DNA from: an uncultured Acidimicrobiaceae bacterium
GTDB taxonomy: Bacteria; Actinomycetota; Acidimicrobiia; Acidimicrobiales; RAAP-2
NCBI GenBank assembly: GCA_963770645.1
Contig: CAVYQL010000002.1
Coordinates: forward strand, 146,586 to 210,585
Direction: 5' to 3'
Length of the DNA stretch: 64,000 nucleotides
Below are positions 21,597-32,758 of this stretch, piece after piece (the first letter of the stretch is position 1; each line of letters begins with the position of its first letter). Position numbers and translations under genes: made by a program. The notes under the pieces were generated by a model. The model was given only the letters and a program-made list of their open reading frames with translations, did not search any database and was not told where the DNA came from.

Positions 21597-21891
21597 CGGG
21601 CGGGATGCCGCGGCGGGAGTAGAGCACCGCCCCGATGACGCTGAAGATGAGGCCGAGCACGATGTAGGACGCCCAGATGCGGTGCCCGGCGATGGTGGTC
21701 AGGCGGATGAAGCCGACGCAGAAGAGCACGAGGGTGGTGATGCCGATGACGGCGATGATCACGCCGAAGACGATGCCGCGGGCGGCCACGATGGCCGGGC
21801 GGATCGCCTTATCGTTGACCGAGGCGACGACCGAATCGATCGCGTCGAGGGCACGCTCGGACAGCGCATCGGAGATGTCGTTCTCAGCCAC
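21589..21891 (-). CDS. small two-TM membrane protein, unknown function
   Basis: 100-aa ORF with two hydrophobic segments. Its 3' end overlaps the trxB start by 8 nt. GTG start. Confidence 0.5.
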   Translation of the reverse strand: MAENDISDALSERALDAIDSVVASVNDKAIRPAIVAARGIVFGVIIAVIGITTLVLFCVGFIRLTTIAGHRIWASYIVLGLIFSVIGAVLYSRRGIPPDA

Positions 21892-21900
21892 GGGGGCAGA

Positions 21901-22761
21901 CTACCCGGCGCCGTTACCGGTCCTGGCAGGGACGATGTAGCACACACCCACCGTGTTGGGCCCGGCATGGGTGCCGACGACCGGCCCGAGGTCCACCGCC
22001 AGCAGCGGGTGTTCGGTGGCGATGTCGCTCAGCGAGGCCCGCACGTCGGCGAAGTCGTCGCAGGCGCCGTCGGCCACGGCGATGCGCTCGAGGGGCGCGT
22101 CGGCCTTCACCTTGTCGATCAGGTAGGCGAGCGCGCGAGCGCGCGTGCGCTGTTTGGACTCTTCGGCGACCTCACCGTCCTTCAGCTGGATCACGGGCTT
22201 GATGTTGAGCAGGGATCCGACCAGCGCCCGTGCCCCGCCGATGCGACCGCCGCGCTGGAGGTGCTCGAGCCCGCCGATGACGCCGTAGATCCGGGTGCGC
22301 GGGATCCGGTCCTCACTGGCTGCGACCAGCGCGTCGATCCCGGCGCCGGCGGCCGCCTCCTCGGCGGCCGCGATCACCAGCAGGCCCTGACCCATGGTGA
22401 GGCTGAAGGTGTCGAGCACCTTGACGGGGATGCCCGAGAACGAACCCGCTGCGGTGACCGCCGAGCCGTAGGTGCCCGAAACCTTCGAGGAGATGGTGAG
22501 GCACAGCACGGCCTCGGCCCCCTCGTCGGCCGCCTGAGCGAACGCTGCCTGGAAGGCGCCGGGGGAGGGTGCCGCCGTCTGCGGCAGGTCGCCCTTGCCG
22601 CGGCAACGGTCCCAGAACTCCGCTGGGCTGAGCTGGCGGCGGTCCTCGTACTCCTCGGTCCCGAAGCGGATGGTGAGGGGCACGACGACGACGTTGTGCT
22701 CTTTGACCAGCTGCTCGGTCAGGTCGCAGGCGCTGTCGGTCACGATGTGGACGCCGGGCAT
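21901..22761 (-). CDS. DegV family fatty-acid-binding protein
   Basis: MPGVHIVTDSACDL..., TAAPSPGAF, SSKVSGTY motifs. Only the last 286 codons of the 690-aa track ORF are real. Confidence 0.85.
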   Translation of the reverse strand: MPGVHIVTDSACDLTEQLVKEHNVVVVPLTIRFGTEEYEDRRQLSPAEFWDRCRGKGDLPQTAAPSPGAFQAAFAQAADEGAEAVLCLTISSKVSGTYGSAVTAAGSFSGIPVKVLDTFSLTMGQGLLVIAAAEEAAAGAGIDALVAASEDRIPRTRIYGVIGGLEHLQRGGRIGGARALVGSLLNIKPVIQLKDGEVAEESKQRTRARALAYLIDKVKADAPLERIAVADGACDDFADVRASLSDIATEHPLLAVDLGPVVGTHAGPNTVGVCYIVPARTGNGAG

Positions 22762-22823
22762 CTTGCGAGTCTGCCACGCACCGGCGTCAGCTGGACGGAC
22801 GCGGAAGCCGGGGAGCGAGTCGG

Positions 22824-24533
22824 TCAGGCGCCCCGGGGCGCGCCGAGTGGACCGACCCGCCGGACCGCGGGGACCAATGGCCCCGACGGTGGTTGTGGTT
22901 CGGGGGGAGCAGGTGGTGTGGGCGGAGGTCGGCGGGCGTCGTGGCGCCGGCCCAAGAGGACGACGACCGCGCCGAAGACGAGCCCGCCCGCCACCACCGC
23001 GCCCACGACGCGCGCCGCGAGAGCCAAGGTGGTGGTGGACCCCGAGAGATTGGAGACCACGAGCACGACGACGGCCATCGGGACGCTGGCGATGACGACA
23101 CGCCACAACGGTGCCCACGTGGCAGGGTCGGCCAGCCGCCCGAACCACTGATGGAAGACCGCGAGGGCCAAGAACGCAGCGACGGTGTACGCGATGGAGA
23201 GGCTGAGCGCCAGGCCGCGGACTCCGAGCGGGCGCACCAGCGCCAGAGCCAGGACGACGTTGAGCGCGTTCTCGACGAGGTACAAGAAGAAGGCCACCTT
23301 GGTGCGTTGCATCGACTGCAGGACGCGCACGAAGTAGAGATACGCGCAGAAGCCGGGCAGCCCGAGGGCGAACATGGCGAGCGCGGCGCCGGTGGTCGCC
23401 GTCCCCGCCGGAGTGCTGTGACCGATGCCGAGTAACAGGGCGACGGCCGGCTTGGCCAACAGCAGCATCCCGACGGCCGAGGGGATGATCAGCGCCAGGA
23501 CCGCGCGCAGGCCGCCCGCCATCCGGTGGAGGAAGGCCGTCTGCTGCCCGGTGGACCACTTCTCCGAGAGGTCGGGTGTCACCACCGACATGACGGTCAC
23601 GGCGACGACGCCGTAGGGGAGCTGGAAGAAGGCGTAGGCGTACGTGTACGAGGACACCGGATCGGAGCCCGCCACGCTGCCCGCCAAGATCGTGACGACG
23701 AAGAGGGCGGCCTGGTTGGCCAGGACGAATCCGAAGGTCCAGCCGCCGAGCCGCGTCACGGCGCGCAACGCGTCGTCGCGGGGATTCCAGTGCCAGCGCA
23801 CCAGCCGCAGGTCGGCGCTGCGCAGGCTGGGGATCAGCGCCACCCCCTGGAGGACGACGCCGAGCGAGGTGCCGAGTCCCAAGAGGACCAGCTGGGAGCG
23901 GTGCGCCTCGACGCTGGCGAGTGAGGCGCCGTGCCCGGCCCAGAGGCCGAACCAGATGAGGATGCCGATGCACACCAGGTTGTTGACGATCGGTGCCCAG
24001 GCGACGGCCACGAAGCGGCGGCGCGTGTTGAGCAGCGCAGCGGCGAGGGCGAAGAGCCCGTAGGCAGCGATCTGGATCACGAACCAGCGCAAGAAGGTGG
24101 TGGCCACGTGCCGCTCGAGGTCGACTTGCTGGAGTTGGCCCGCGTGCGCGTGCGCGTCGAGCGCGGTCAGCGCGTCGACGAGATAGGGCGCGGCGACGAG
24201 TGCCGCCAGCGTCGTCGTGAACAAGACGACGACCGACACGGTGATGACGGCGGAGATCGACTCGAAGGCCTCGCGCTCGTCCTTGTGCGCCAGCCGGTCG
24301 ACGAAGACGGGGATGAACGTGGCGGAGAGCACGCCGCCCAAGACGACGTCGTAGAGCATGTTGGGCGTGGTGTTGGCCAGGTTGTAGGAGTCGGCGAGCA
24401 GTGTCGGCCCGAGGGCCCAGGCCAGCGCCACGAAACGAAGCAGCCCGGTGACGCGCGAGGCAGTCGTGCCGGCGGCGACGTAGACGGCTGAGGTGCGTAG
24501 GGGGAGGCTCCGGGCCCGGCGCGCTCGGGCCAC
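22824..24533 (-). CDS. murJ: lipid II flippase MurJ (MviN) with Pro-rich C-terminal tail
   Basis: GTTASRVTGLLRFVALAWALG..., multi-TM throughout. Start taken at GTG 24533, 2 nt after the upstream stop. The track start 24590 would overlap the upstream gene by 55 nt. Confidence 0.85.
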   Translation of the reverse strand: MARARRARSLPLRTSAVYVAAGTTASRVTGLLRFVALAWALGPTLLADSYNLANTTPNMLYDVVLGGVLSATFIPVFVDRLAHKDEREAFESISAVITVSVVVLFTTTLAALVAAPYLVDALTALDAHAHAGQLQQVDLERHVATTFLRWFVIQIAAYGLFALAAALLNTRRRFVAVAWAPIVNNLVCIGILIWFGLWAGHGASLASVEAHRSQLVLLGLGTSLGVVLQGVALIPSLRSADLRLVRWHWNPRDDALRAVTRLGGWTFGFVLANQAALFVVTILAGSVAGSDPVSSYTYAYAFFQLPYGVVAVTVMSVVTPDLSEKWSTGQQTAFLHRMAGGLRAVLALIIPSAVGMLLLAKPAVALLLGIGHSTPAGTATTGAALAMFALGLPGFCAYLYFVRVLQSMQRTKVAFFLYLVENALNVVLALALVRPLGVRGLALSLSIAYTVAAFLALAVFHQWFGRLADPATWAPLWRVVIASVPMAVVVLVVSNLSGSTTTLALAARVVGAVVAGGLVFGAVVVLLGRRHDARRPPPTPPAPPEPQPPSGPLVPAVRRVGPLGAPRGA

Positions 24534-24535
24534 GG

Positions 24536-26626
24536 TCAGTGCTGGGCCCTCGGCCGCTGGCGCCGCGACCGGCGCCAGGTCCGTATCCACCAGACCAAGA
24601 GGACGGCTCCGGCCAGCACGGTCAGTGCGACGCCGGCGAATGAGATGGCGGTCGAATGCACGGTGAGGACGGTGTGAGCCAGTGTGAGCTGGCCGTTCGG
24701 GGTTTGCAGGGTCACCTCGATCGGCAGGTGGTCGCCCGAGGTGCGGGCCTGGGCGGTGACGCGCACCGAGGTGGTCGGGCGGTTGAGCAGCAGCTGGCGG
24801 GTGTTGCCGTTGGGAAAGGTGAACTTGTCACTGGCCAAGGTCACGACGACGGTCACCGGGTAGGGCGCGGCGGACAGCACCGTGACGGGGATGGCGGCGC
24901 GTTGCGCGGTGAAGGTGACGGTGCGCTCAGTGGCGAGGGTGATCTTGTCCGTCTCGCTCGTGAAGGACTTGTCGTACGCGTCGAGCGCGGCGGAGCGCCC
25001 GTTCGCCGAGAGCCCGCGCGCTTCGGTCGCAAGGAGGGCGTCGCCGAGCGCCACCATTTCGGGTGGGTGCCCACTGACCGCGCTGGTGAACGAGGCGAGC
25101 TGCTGGCGCGCCGTCGCGATCTTGTCGGCGGCGTTGTGTGTGATGCCCTGCCCGGCCGGACCGGACTGCAGCCGGCGCACGGATGGCTCGCCGTTGCCGC
25201 CCACGGGTACTTGCCCGAAGAACTCGCTCAGCGTCACGGCACTGAGCGACGGGTTGTTCTGTAGGCCGCCCAGGAGCGCGTCCATGAAGCTTGCCGAGGG
25301 TTGCCAGTTCGCCGGCGGGACGATGACGACGCCGCGGTGCTCCGTCACGAACGCGTTCTCGAAGTGGACGAAGGAGAGCCAGGCCAGCAGCTGCTCTGCG
25401 GCCAGGATCGGGTCGCCCGGGTCCTGGGTGAAGTGAGCGCTGAGCGAAGAGTCGACCGCGGCCGCCGGGATGCTCGACCCGTGGCCGAGGTCGAGGTTGA
25501 ACGGCTGGGCGAAGGTGAGGTTGCTCACCCCAGCGCTGGCGAGGTCACCGTCGCTCAGTACCAGCTCCGCCGCACCGGCCACCTGGAGCCCGCTCGCCAG
25601 GTCCGCCGCGTCACCCTGGGAGAACGAGGAGGTGGCGTCGACCCACGGCCCGCTGTCCGGCTTGAAGCCCGCGACACGCAAGAGGTCGTCGCCCCGGCTG
25701 ACCTGGGCACCGATTTCTCCGGTGAGACCCGCCTCGGTGAGCGCGGCCACGTTGATGGGCACGTAGGGCGACCCGAGCACCTCGTCGCCCGTCAGCGCGT
25801 CGAGCCCGTCTTGGACGCGGAGCTGTGCGTGTTCGTGCGTCTGTCCTGCGCCGGCCACCGCCACCGGGCTGACAGCGAGCGTGGTCGCGACGTCACGGTG
25901 GGTCGCCAGCGCACTGGTGATGGTGGACGCGCCGGCGCCCGCAGGGACCGGCACCACGAGCCCGACGCGCAAGGGACCGGTGGCGCCGGTCGGGCCTGCC
26001 GGCTCGTCGTAGGTGACGAACGTCGTGAAGCGGGCCAGGGAGTTCGACGAACCCGGCCGCAAGAGCGAGACGGTCACCGGGTAGACGTCAGGACACGTCC
26101 CGTTCATCGGTGTGCAGCCCAAGACGAGCGTGGGCGCGCCGGCGGGGCACGCCCCGACTCCGCCCGGGGGTGCGGATGCGCTGTCGAGGGGGAGCACGGT
26201 GACGCACGCCGCGGCGGTCAGGCCGCCCGGAGCCGCGGCGACGGGGATGTCGTCGTCGTGGAGCGCCGCGCTGGTCGTCGGCGAGCCGTTCACCGCCTGC
26301 TGCAGATCCGACGTGTTGTCCAGATGGCCGCCGTAGAAGGTCATGTTCACGTGCAGCCCACTGGCGCCGGCGATCGACGTGGACACGCCGACGGTGATGT
26401 TGAACCAGGGCTGGGTGGGCGTGACCCAGGGCGTCTGGGACTCGAGCGTCAGCGGGGCGCCGCTCTGCCGGGCCTGGATCGCGGATCGGGACGCCTGGTG
26501 CGCCTGGTGCGGGCGCGCCTGCACCTCGCGCGCCTGTGCCTGGCCACCCGCGGCGAGACTGCCGGCAAGGGCGGCGGTGGTCACGGCGAGCGTGCAAAGG
26601 GCGGTCTGAGCCCAGCGCGTCGACAC
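24536..26626 (-). CDS. secreted protein with C-terminal TM anchor, probably DUF6049 (Rv3909-like)
   Basis: 696 aa. N-terminal signal-like segment (LCTLAVTTAALAGSLAAGGQAQA), C-terminal TM plus basic tail (VLAGAVLLVWWIRTWRRSRRQR). Lies immediately upstream of murJ as in mycobacteria. Family assignment rests on position and architecture only. Confidence 0.5.
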   Translation of the reverse strand: MSTRWAQTALCTLAVTTAALAGSLAAGGQAQAREVQARPHQAHQASRSAIQARQSGAPLTLESQTPWVTPTQPWFNITVGVSTSIAGASGLHVNMTFYGGHLDNTSDLQQAVNGSPTTSAALHDDDIPVAAAPGGLTAAACVTVLPLDSASAPPGGVGACPAGAPTLVLGCTPMNGTCPDVYPVTVSLLRPGSSNSLARFTTFVTYDEPAGPTGATGPLRVGLVVPVPAGAGASTITSALATHRDVATTLAVSPVAVAGAGQTHEHAQLRVQDGLDALTGDEVLGSPYVPINVAALTEAGLTGEIGAQVSRGDDLLRVAGFKPDSGPWVDATSSFSQGDAADLASGLQVAGAAELVLSDGDLASAGVSNLTFAQPFNLDLGHGSSIPAAAVDSSLSAHFTQDPGDPILAAEQLLAWLSFVHFENAFVTEHRGVVIVPPANWQPSASFMDALLGGLQNNPSLSAVTLSEFFGQVPVGGNGEPSVRRLQSGPAGQGITHNAADKIATARQQLASFTSAVSGHPPEMVALGDALLATEARGLSANGRSAALDAYDKSFTSETDKITLATERTVTFTAQRAAIPVTVLSAAPYPVTVVVTLASDKFTFPNGNTRQLLLNRPTTSVRVTAQARTSGDHLPIEVTLQTPNGQLTLAHTVLTVHSTAISFAGVALTVLAGAVLLVWWIRTWRRSRRQRPRAQH

Positions 26627-26660
26627 AGGGAGAGGCTAGAGGGCGCACTACCGTGGGCGG

Positions 26661-28049
26661 GTGCAGTCCACCTCGGTGCCCGAGCGGTTCCGCCCCTACG
26701 TGCATGCCACCGAGGACCTCGCGCGTCGCTTCGCGGCCGCGGGGCGCACGCTGTACTTGGTCGGGGGTTCGGTCCGTGATGCGCTGTTCCCCGGCGAGGC
26801 GGGTGGCGGGAGCGACCTCGATCTCACCACCGACGCCCGCCCCGACGAGACGGAGCGTCTGGTCCGGGGCTGGGCTGACGAGGTGTGGACCCAAGGTGCG
26901 CGCTTCGGAACGATCGGCTTTCGCAAGGACGGCCAGGTGTACGAGATCACGACCCACCGGGCCGAGGTCTACGTCCCCGAGTCGCGCAAGCCCGAGGTGA
27001 CCTTCGGCGACGACATCGTCGTGGACCTGTCGCGCCGCGACTTCACGATCAACGCGCTGGCCCTCCGCCTGCCCGACATGGAGCTCATCGACCCCTTCGA
27101 CGGTCTCGGTGACCTGGCGGCGGGTCGCCTGCGCACTCCACTGGACCCCGAGATCTCCTTCGGGGACGACCCGCTGCGCATGTTGCGCGCCGCCCGCTTC
27201 GCGGCCCGCTTCAACCTGGAACCGGACCCCGCGCTCGTGGCGGCAATAGAGCGCATGCACGGCCGGCTCTCCATTGTCTCGGCCGAGCGCATCCGCGACG
27301 AGCTGGACAAGATGCTGATGCTCGACGCGCCATCGGGTGCGCTGTGGTTCGTCGTACGCACCGGCCTCGCCCAAGAATTCTTTTCCGAGCTGCCCGACCT
27401 CGCGCTGGAACAGGATCCGATTCACCGACACAAAGACGTCCTCGCCCACACGTTCGCCGTGGTGGACAAGACGTCGCGCAACCGGCTGCTGCGCCTCGCG
27501 GCGCTCTTCCACGACGTCGGTAAGCCGCGCACGCGCGCCATCACAGACGGCGGCGTGACGTTCCATCACCACGAAGTGGTCGGCGCGCGCATGACGCGCA
27601 CGCGCATGGAGGCGCTGCACTACTCGTCGGCCGACATCGACACCGTGGTGCGTCTGGTCGAGCTGCACCTGCGCTTCCACACCTACAAGCTGGGCTGGAC
27701 CGACAAGGCGGTGCGCCGCTACGTGCGGGACGCCGGTCCCTACCTCGATTTGCTCAACGAGCTGACTCGCTGTGACTGCACGACCCGCAACGCCGCCAAG
27801 GCCCGCGCGCTGGCCCGGCGCATGGACGAGCTGGAGGCCCGCATCGCAGAGCTGCGCGAGCAGGAGGAGCTCGACCGGCTCCGCCCCGACCTCGACGGGA
27901 ACCAGGTCATGGCCATCCTCGGGATCGGCCCGGGCCGCGCGGTGGGACAGGCGCTGACCTTCTTGATGGAGCTTCGCCTCGACGAGGGCCCGCTCGGCGA
28001 AGAGGAGGCGACCGCCCGGCTCAAGGAGTGGTGGGCCGCCACGGGCTGA
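26661..28049 (+). CDS. cca: CCA tRNA nucleotidyltransferase / poly(A) polymerase family protein with HD domain
   Basis: LVGGSVRDAL, DLDLTTDARPDE, RRDFTINALA head-domain motifs. HD region (FHDVGKP). Confidence 0.85.
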   Translation: MQSTSVPERFRPYVHATEDLARRFAAAGRTLYLVGGSVRDALFPGEAGGGSDLDLTTDARPDETERLVRGWADEVWTQGARFGTIGFRKDGQVYEITTHRAEVYVPESRKPEVTFGDDIVVDLSRRDFTINALALRLPDMELIDPFDGLGDLAAGRLRTPLDPEISFGDDPLRMLRAARFAARFNLEPDPALVAAIERMHGRLSIVSAERIRDELDKMLMLDAPSGALWFVVRTGLAQEFFSELPDLALEQDPIHRHKDVLAHTFAVVDKTSRNRLLRLAALFHDVGKPRTRAITDGGVTFHHHEVVGARMTRTRMEALHYSSADIDTVVRLVELHLRFHTYKLGWTDKAVRRYVRDAGPYLDLLNELTRCDCTTRNAAKARALARRMDELEARIAELREQEELDRLRPDLDGNQVMAILGIGPGRAVGQALTFLMELRLDEGPLGEEEATARLKEWWAATG

Positions 28050-28093
28050 ACGGCGGGAGCCGGCTCGGCGTGCCCGGGAGTACCCTCGTGCGC

Positions 28094-28579
28094 ATGACCA
28101 GGATCACAGCACCGGAGAGCGGGATGGGCGAGCACATCGATTGGGCGCTGCTGCGCCCGAAGATGGCCGGCGGCATGGGGAAGCTGTCCGAGGCGGTCTA
28201 CGGCAACTCGCAGCTTTCGGTGCGCGAGCGCGAGGCGGCCCGCTGGACCATCGCGTTGATCAACGACTGCGCGGTGTGCCGTGACACGCGCGCCCGTGAC
28301 GGCGAGGCAGTCGGCGCGGGCGAACCCTTCTACGCGGAGGTGTCGGACTGGCGTAACGCAGGCGGCCTGAGCGACCGCGAGCGGCTGGCGGCCGAGTTCG
28401 CTGAGCGCTTCGCGCTGGACCATCTCGCCATGGACGACGAACTGTGGGACCGCCTGCACGCGGCATACGGGGACGACGAGCTGGCCGACCTGACGATCTG
28501 CTGCGGCACGTTCCTCGGCATGGGGCGGACCTTGGCCGTGGTCGGGGTGCGTGCCCCGGCCGAACGCATCTTGGTTTGA
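28094..28579 (+). CDS. carboxymuconolactone decarboxylase (AhpD-like) family protein
   Basis: SVREREAARWTIALINDCAVCRD resembles the CMD/AhpD CxxC helix. Start ATG 28094 preferred over GTG 28028. Confidence 0.65.
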   Translation: MTRITAPESGMGEHIDWALLRPKMAGGMGKLSEAVYGNSQLSVREREAARWTIALINDCAVCRDTRARDGEAVGAGEPFYAEVSDWRNAGGLSDRERLAAEFAERFALDHLAMDDELWDRLHAAYGDDELADLTICCGTFLGMGRTLAVVGVRAPAERILV

Positions 28580-28588
28580 GCACGCCGC

Positions 28589-29689
<1,101 letters not shown>

Positions 29690-29727
29690 GGGCTGTCTCC
29701 TTCGGTGTCGGTGCTGTAAATGGTTCG

Positions 29728-30348
29728 TCAGGTCACCGGCTCGGAGCCGGCAATGGCGAGGTCGGCGCGTTCGGATGCGATGAGGGTGTCGAGCCAGCTG
29801 ATGTCGCGGGCGACGCCGTCGGCCGTGTGCTGGACCACGGACCGGGCGTAGACGTCGAGGTCGGTGCGGGCGGCCTCGACCTCGGCCAGGCGCTGGACGA
29901 GCTGGGCCCGCCGCCGTTCCAACAGGGCGAGGCGGGCCTGGGGTGCGAGGTGGCGGGCGAAGGCCAGGCGCAGTCCGAAGCTGCGGGCGTCGTCGGGCGA
30001 GCCGCCACCCTCGAGCAGCTCTGCGAAGAGCTGCCGGCCCGCGTCGGTGATCCGGTAGACCTTGCGGCCCCGGCGGGCACGGGTGGGGGAGTGGCGCCGG
30101 GTGCGCAGCGCGGCCAGCTCGCCGGTCAAGGATCCGGTCGGCGGGGCGGGGGCCGGCGGGACGGCTCCGGCCGGCTCACCCTCGGTGGCCATGACCGCCC
30201 CTGCCTTCTCGAGGCGGGTCAGCGCCGGGTAGATGGAGCCGAACGAGACGTTGGCCAGGAGGCCGAGGTGCTCGCGCAAGCGGCGTCGGATCTCGTAGCC
30301 GTGGAGGTCGCCCTCCTCGAGGAGGCCCAAGATGGCCAGATCCAACAT
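29728..30348 (-). CDS. PadR family transcriptional regulator
   Basis: [21 protein letters not shown]......[16 protein letters not shown] winged-helix signature. Start ATG 30348 preferred. Confidence 0.8.
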   Translation of the reverse strand: MLDLAILGLLEEGDLHGYEIRRRLREHLGLLANVSFGSIYPALTRLEKAGAVMATEGEPAGAVPPAPAPPTGSLTGELAALRTRRHSPTRARRGRKVYRITDAGRQLFAELLEGGGSPDDARSFGLRLAFARHLAPQARLALLERRRAQLVQRLAEVEAARTDLDVYARSVVQHTADGVARDISWLDTLIASERADLAIAGSEPVT

Positions 30349-30473
30349 CGCGAAGGAGTATATCGATTCGATATAGCGGTCGACCGGCAATCCGTCACCG
30401 GCCCGTCGCGTTCGTGCCTGATTTGCCACCCAATTGGTCGTGGTTTCCGGGCCGGAGGGGTAGCCTGGCGCCC

Positions 30474-30911
30474 GTGTCAGTCACCTCGGAGCCGAGGTCA
30501 CCCTCCCGTGCGGTGAGCCCCGACGTCACGGCCCAGGTGGAGTACCGGATCGTGCGCAACGGTCTGGTGCGCGAGGTGGAGCGGGGCCGGGTCCTCAAGG
30601 ACGACGTGTGCGATGCGCACCCCGAGCTGCTGCGGGCGGCCCGCAACGTGGGCCGGCCCACCAAGGAGGTCTGCCCGATCTGCGACGACGGGCGCCTCGT
30701 CACCGTCACGTTCGTCTTCGGGGCCAAGCTGCCGCCGGGCGGGCGCTGCCCGGGAAGCGCCGCCGAGCTCAAGGCCTTGTGCCGCCGGCCCGAGCCGGTG
30801 CTCTGCTACGAGGTCGAGGTCTGCCCTGCCTGCGCCTGGCACCACCTGATGCGCAAGTACCCCGGCGGCGGGGGGAAGTCCCGTGCCAAGAAGGCGGCAC
30901 CGGCGCGGTGA
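30474..30911 (+). CDS. DUF5318-like Cys-containing protein
   Basis: Divergent from padR. CPICDDG ... CPACAWHH paired-Cys motifs. Conserved partner of ino1/padR loci in Actinomycetota (recalled). Start uncertain (30414 or 30474). Confidence 0.55.
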   Translation: MSVTSEPRSPSRAVSPDVTAQVEYRIVRNGLVREVERGRVLKDDVCDAHPELLRAARNVGRPTKEVCPICDDGRLVTVTFVFGAKLPPGGRCPGSAAELKALCRRPEPVLCYEVEVCPACAWHHLMRKYPGGGGKSRAKKAAPAR

Positions 30912-30920
30912 GGCCGCGGC

Positions 30921-31790
30921 GTGTCAGCCGTTGAGCCGGGCCCGGTGAGCGAGGCCCGCGTGCCGGTGACCGTGCCCACCTTGCGGGAGCGCAAGCGGCG
31001 CAACGGCGCGACGCCGATCGTGATGGTCACGGCCTACGACGAGCCCGGTGCGCGCATCGTGTCCGACGCGGGCGCCGACATCATCTTGGTCGGGGACTCG
31101 GTGGCGAACACGGTGCTGGGTTACCGCGACACGCTGCACGTCGACATTGAGGTGATGGCGCATCACACCGCCGCCGTCGCGCGCGCCGAGCCGCGTTGTC
31201 TGGTCCTGGGCGACATGCCGTGGATGAGTTACCACCTCTCGCCCGAGGACGCCGTGCGCAACGCGGCCACGCTGATCCGCGCCGGCGCCCACGCGGTCAA
31301 GCTCGAGGGCGGGCGGGCCCGCCTGCCGGTCGTCGAGGCGATCATCAAGGCGGAGATCCCGGTGATGGGACATCTCGGCCTCACCCCCCAGTCCGTGCTG
31401 GCGATGGGCGGCTTCCGGGTCCAGGGCAAGAGCGCCGACGCAGCCGGCGCCTTGTTGGACGCCGCCAAGGCCCTGGCCGCGGCCGGCTGCTTCGCCTTCG
31501 TCATTGAGGGCGTGCCCGACGTGGTGGGTGCCGCGGTCACCGAAGCCATCGACGTCCCCACCATCGGCATCGGCGCCGGCCCGGGGACCGACGGCCAGGT
31601 CCTCGTCTTCCACGACCTGCTCGGTCTCGGGAAGGGGAAGCCGCCCAAATTCGTCCGTCAGTACGCGGACGTGGGGCGCATCGCCACCGAGGCCATCGCG
31701 GCCTTTGCCGCCGACGTGCGCAGCGGGACCTTCCCGAACGACGCCGAGAGCTACCACGGCCCGCCGGGGCTGGGCGACGCCCTGACCTGA
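30921..31790 (+). CDS. panB: 3-methyl-2-oxobutanoate hydroxymethyltransferase
   Basis: IVMVTAYD, ILVGDSVANTVLGY, KLEGG, GHLGLTPQS motifs. Confidence 0.9.
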   Translation: MSAVEPGPVSEARVPVTVPTLRERKRRNGATPIVMVTAYDEPGARIVSDAGADIILVGDSVANTVLGYRDTLHVDIEVMAHHTAAVARAEPRCLVLGDMPWMSYHLSPEDAVRNAATLIRAGAHAVKLEGGRARLPVVEAIIKAEIPVMGHLGLTPQSVLAMGGFRVQGKSADAAGALLDAAKALAAAGCFAFVIEGVPDVVGAAVTEAIDVPTIGIGAGPGTDGQVLVFHDLLGLGKGKPPKFVRQYADVGRIATEAIAAFAADVRSGTFPNDAESYHGPPGLGDALT

Positions 31791-31879
31791 CGGCGGCTAC
31801 CATGGCCGTCCGCAACACACCCTGCTCCTGACCGCCAGGAGCCCGGGCGAGGCCCGGTCCAGAGGGAGGTACGCCGCAC

Positions 31880-32209
31880 ATGCGGCCCTACGAAGTCATG
31901 GCCATCTTCGAGGCCAGCACCGAACCGACCGTGATTCAGGGCGTGCTCGACCGCGCCCTCGAGACGATCCGGGGCGCCGGCGGCACCCCCGGCGCCATCG
32001 ACCGCTGGGGGCGCCGGGCCTTCGCCTATGAGGTGAACCACAAGCGCGAGGGTTACTACGTCGTGGTGGACTTCACCGGCGAGCCCGAGACCGTGGCCGC
32101 CCTGGACCGCATGCTCGGCCTGGCCGATGAGGTGGTGCGCCACAAGGTGGTGCGTCTCCCCGACCACAAGGCGCCCGCAGGTGCCGGCGCCGCGCCGGCA
32201 GCCGGCTGA
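31880..32209 (+). CDS. rpsF: 30S ribosomal protein S6
   Basis: MRPYEVMAIF...WGRRAFAYEVNHKREGYYVVVDF. Confidence 0.95.
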   Translation: MRPYEVMAIFEASTEPTVIQGVLDRALETIRGAGGTPGAIDRWGRRAFAYEVNHKREGYYVVVDFTGEPETVAALDRMLGLADEVVRHKVVRLPDHKAPAGAGAAPAAG

Positions 32210-32260
32210 CCGGCTGGATTTCACGGTCGGCTCGAGGGATCGGCGAGAGGAGCAGAGAAG

Positions 32261-32758
32261 ATGCCGTCAGACAACAGCGTGACGCTGGTCGGGAACGTGA
32301 CCCGTGACCCCGAGCTGCGCTTCACCAACACCGGACAGGCCAACGTGACGTTCGGCCTGGCGGTCAACCGCCGCTGGCAGAACCGCCAGACCCAGGAGTG
32401 GGAGGAGGCCACCTCCTTCTTCGACGTGGTGTGCTGGCGCGAGATGGCCGAGAACGTCAGCGAGTCCATCACCAGGGGCGCCCGCGTGATGGTGGCCGGC
32501 CGCCTCGAGCAGCGCAGTTGGGAGACCCAAGAGGGCGATCGCCGGTCCAAGGTCGAGGTCGTGGCCGACGAGATCGGGCCATCACTGCGCTGGGCCACGG
32601 CCCAGATCACCAAGAACGACCGCCGAGGCCCGAGCGACGGCTCCGGGCGCGGCGGTGGCGGCGGTGGTGGGCGCCAGTCAGCGCCTGCGCCGGCGCCGAC
32701 ACCACAGCCCCAGCCGGCGAACGAAGCCGGCTATGGATTCGACGAGGAGCCTTTCTGA
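32261..32758 (+). CDS. ssb: single-stranded DNA-binding protein
   Basis: OB-fold N-terminus ([16 protein letters not shown]), Gly-rich linker, acidic tip DEEPF. Confidence 0.95.
   Translation: MPSDNSVTLVGNVTRDPELRFTNTGQANVTFGLAVNRRWQNRQTQEWEEATSFFDVVCWREMAENVSESITRGARVMVAGRLEQRSWETQEGDRRSKVEVVADEIGPSLRWATAQITKNDRRGPSDGSGRGGGGGGGRQSAPAPAPTPQPQPANEAGYGFDEEPF

Noticed and set aside
21451-23151. 566-aa plus-strand ORF, and the 690-aa minus ORF 21901..23973
   Set aside because: The plus ORF is antisense to trxB, degV and murJ. Of the 690-aa ORF, only the last 286 codons (DegV) are real and the rest is an out-of-frame overlap with murJ.
25301-27680. 492-aa (+) and 530-aa (-) ORFs over the DUF6049-like and cca genes
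   Set aside because: Both are antisense to better-supported genes and have Arg/Gly/His-rich composition without motifs.
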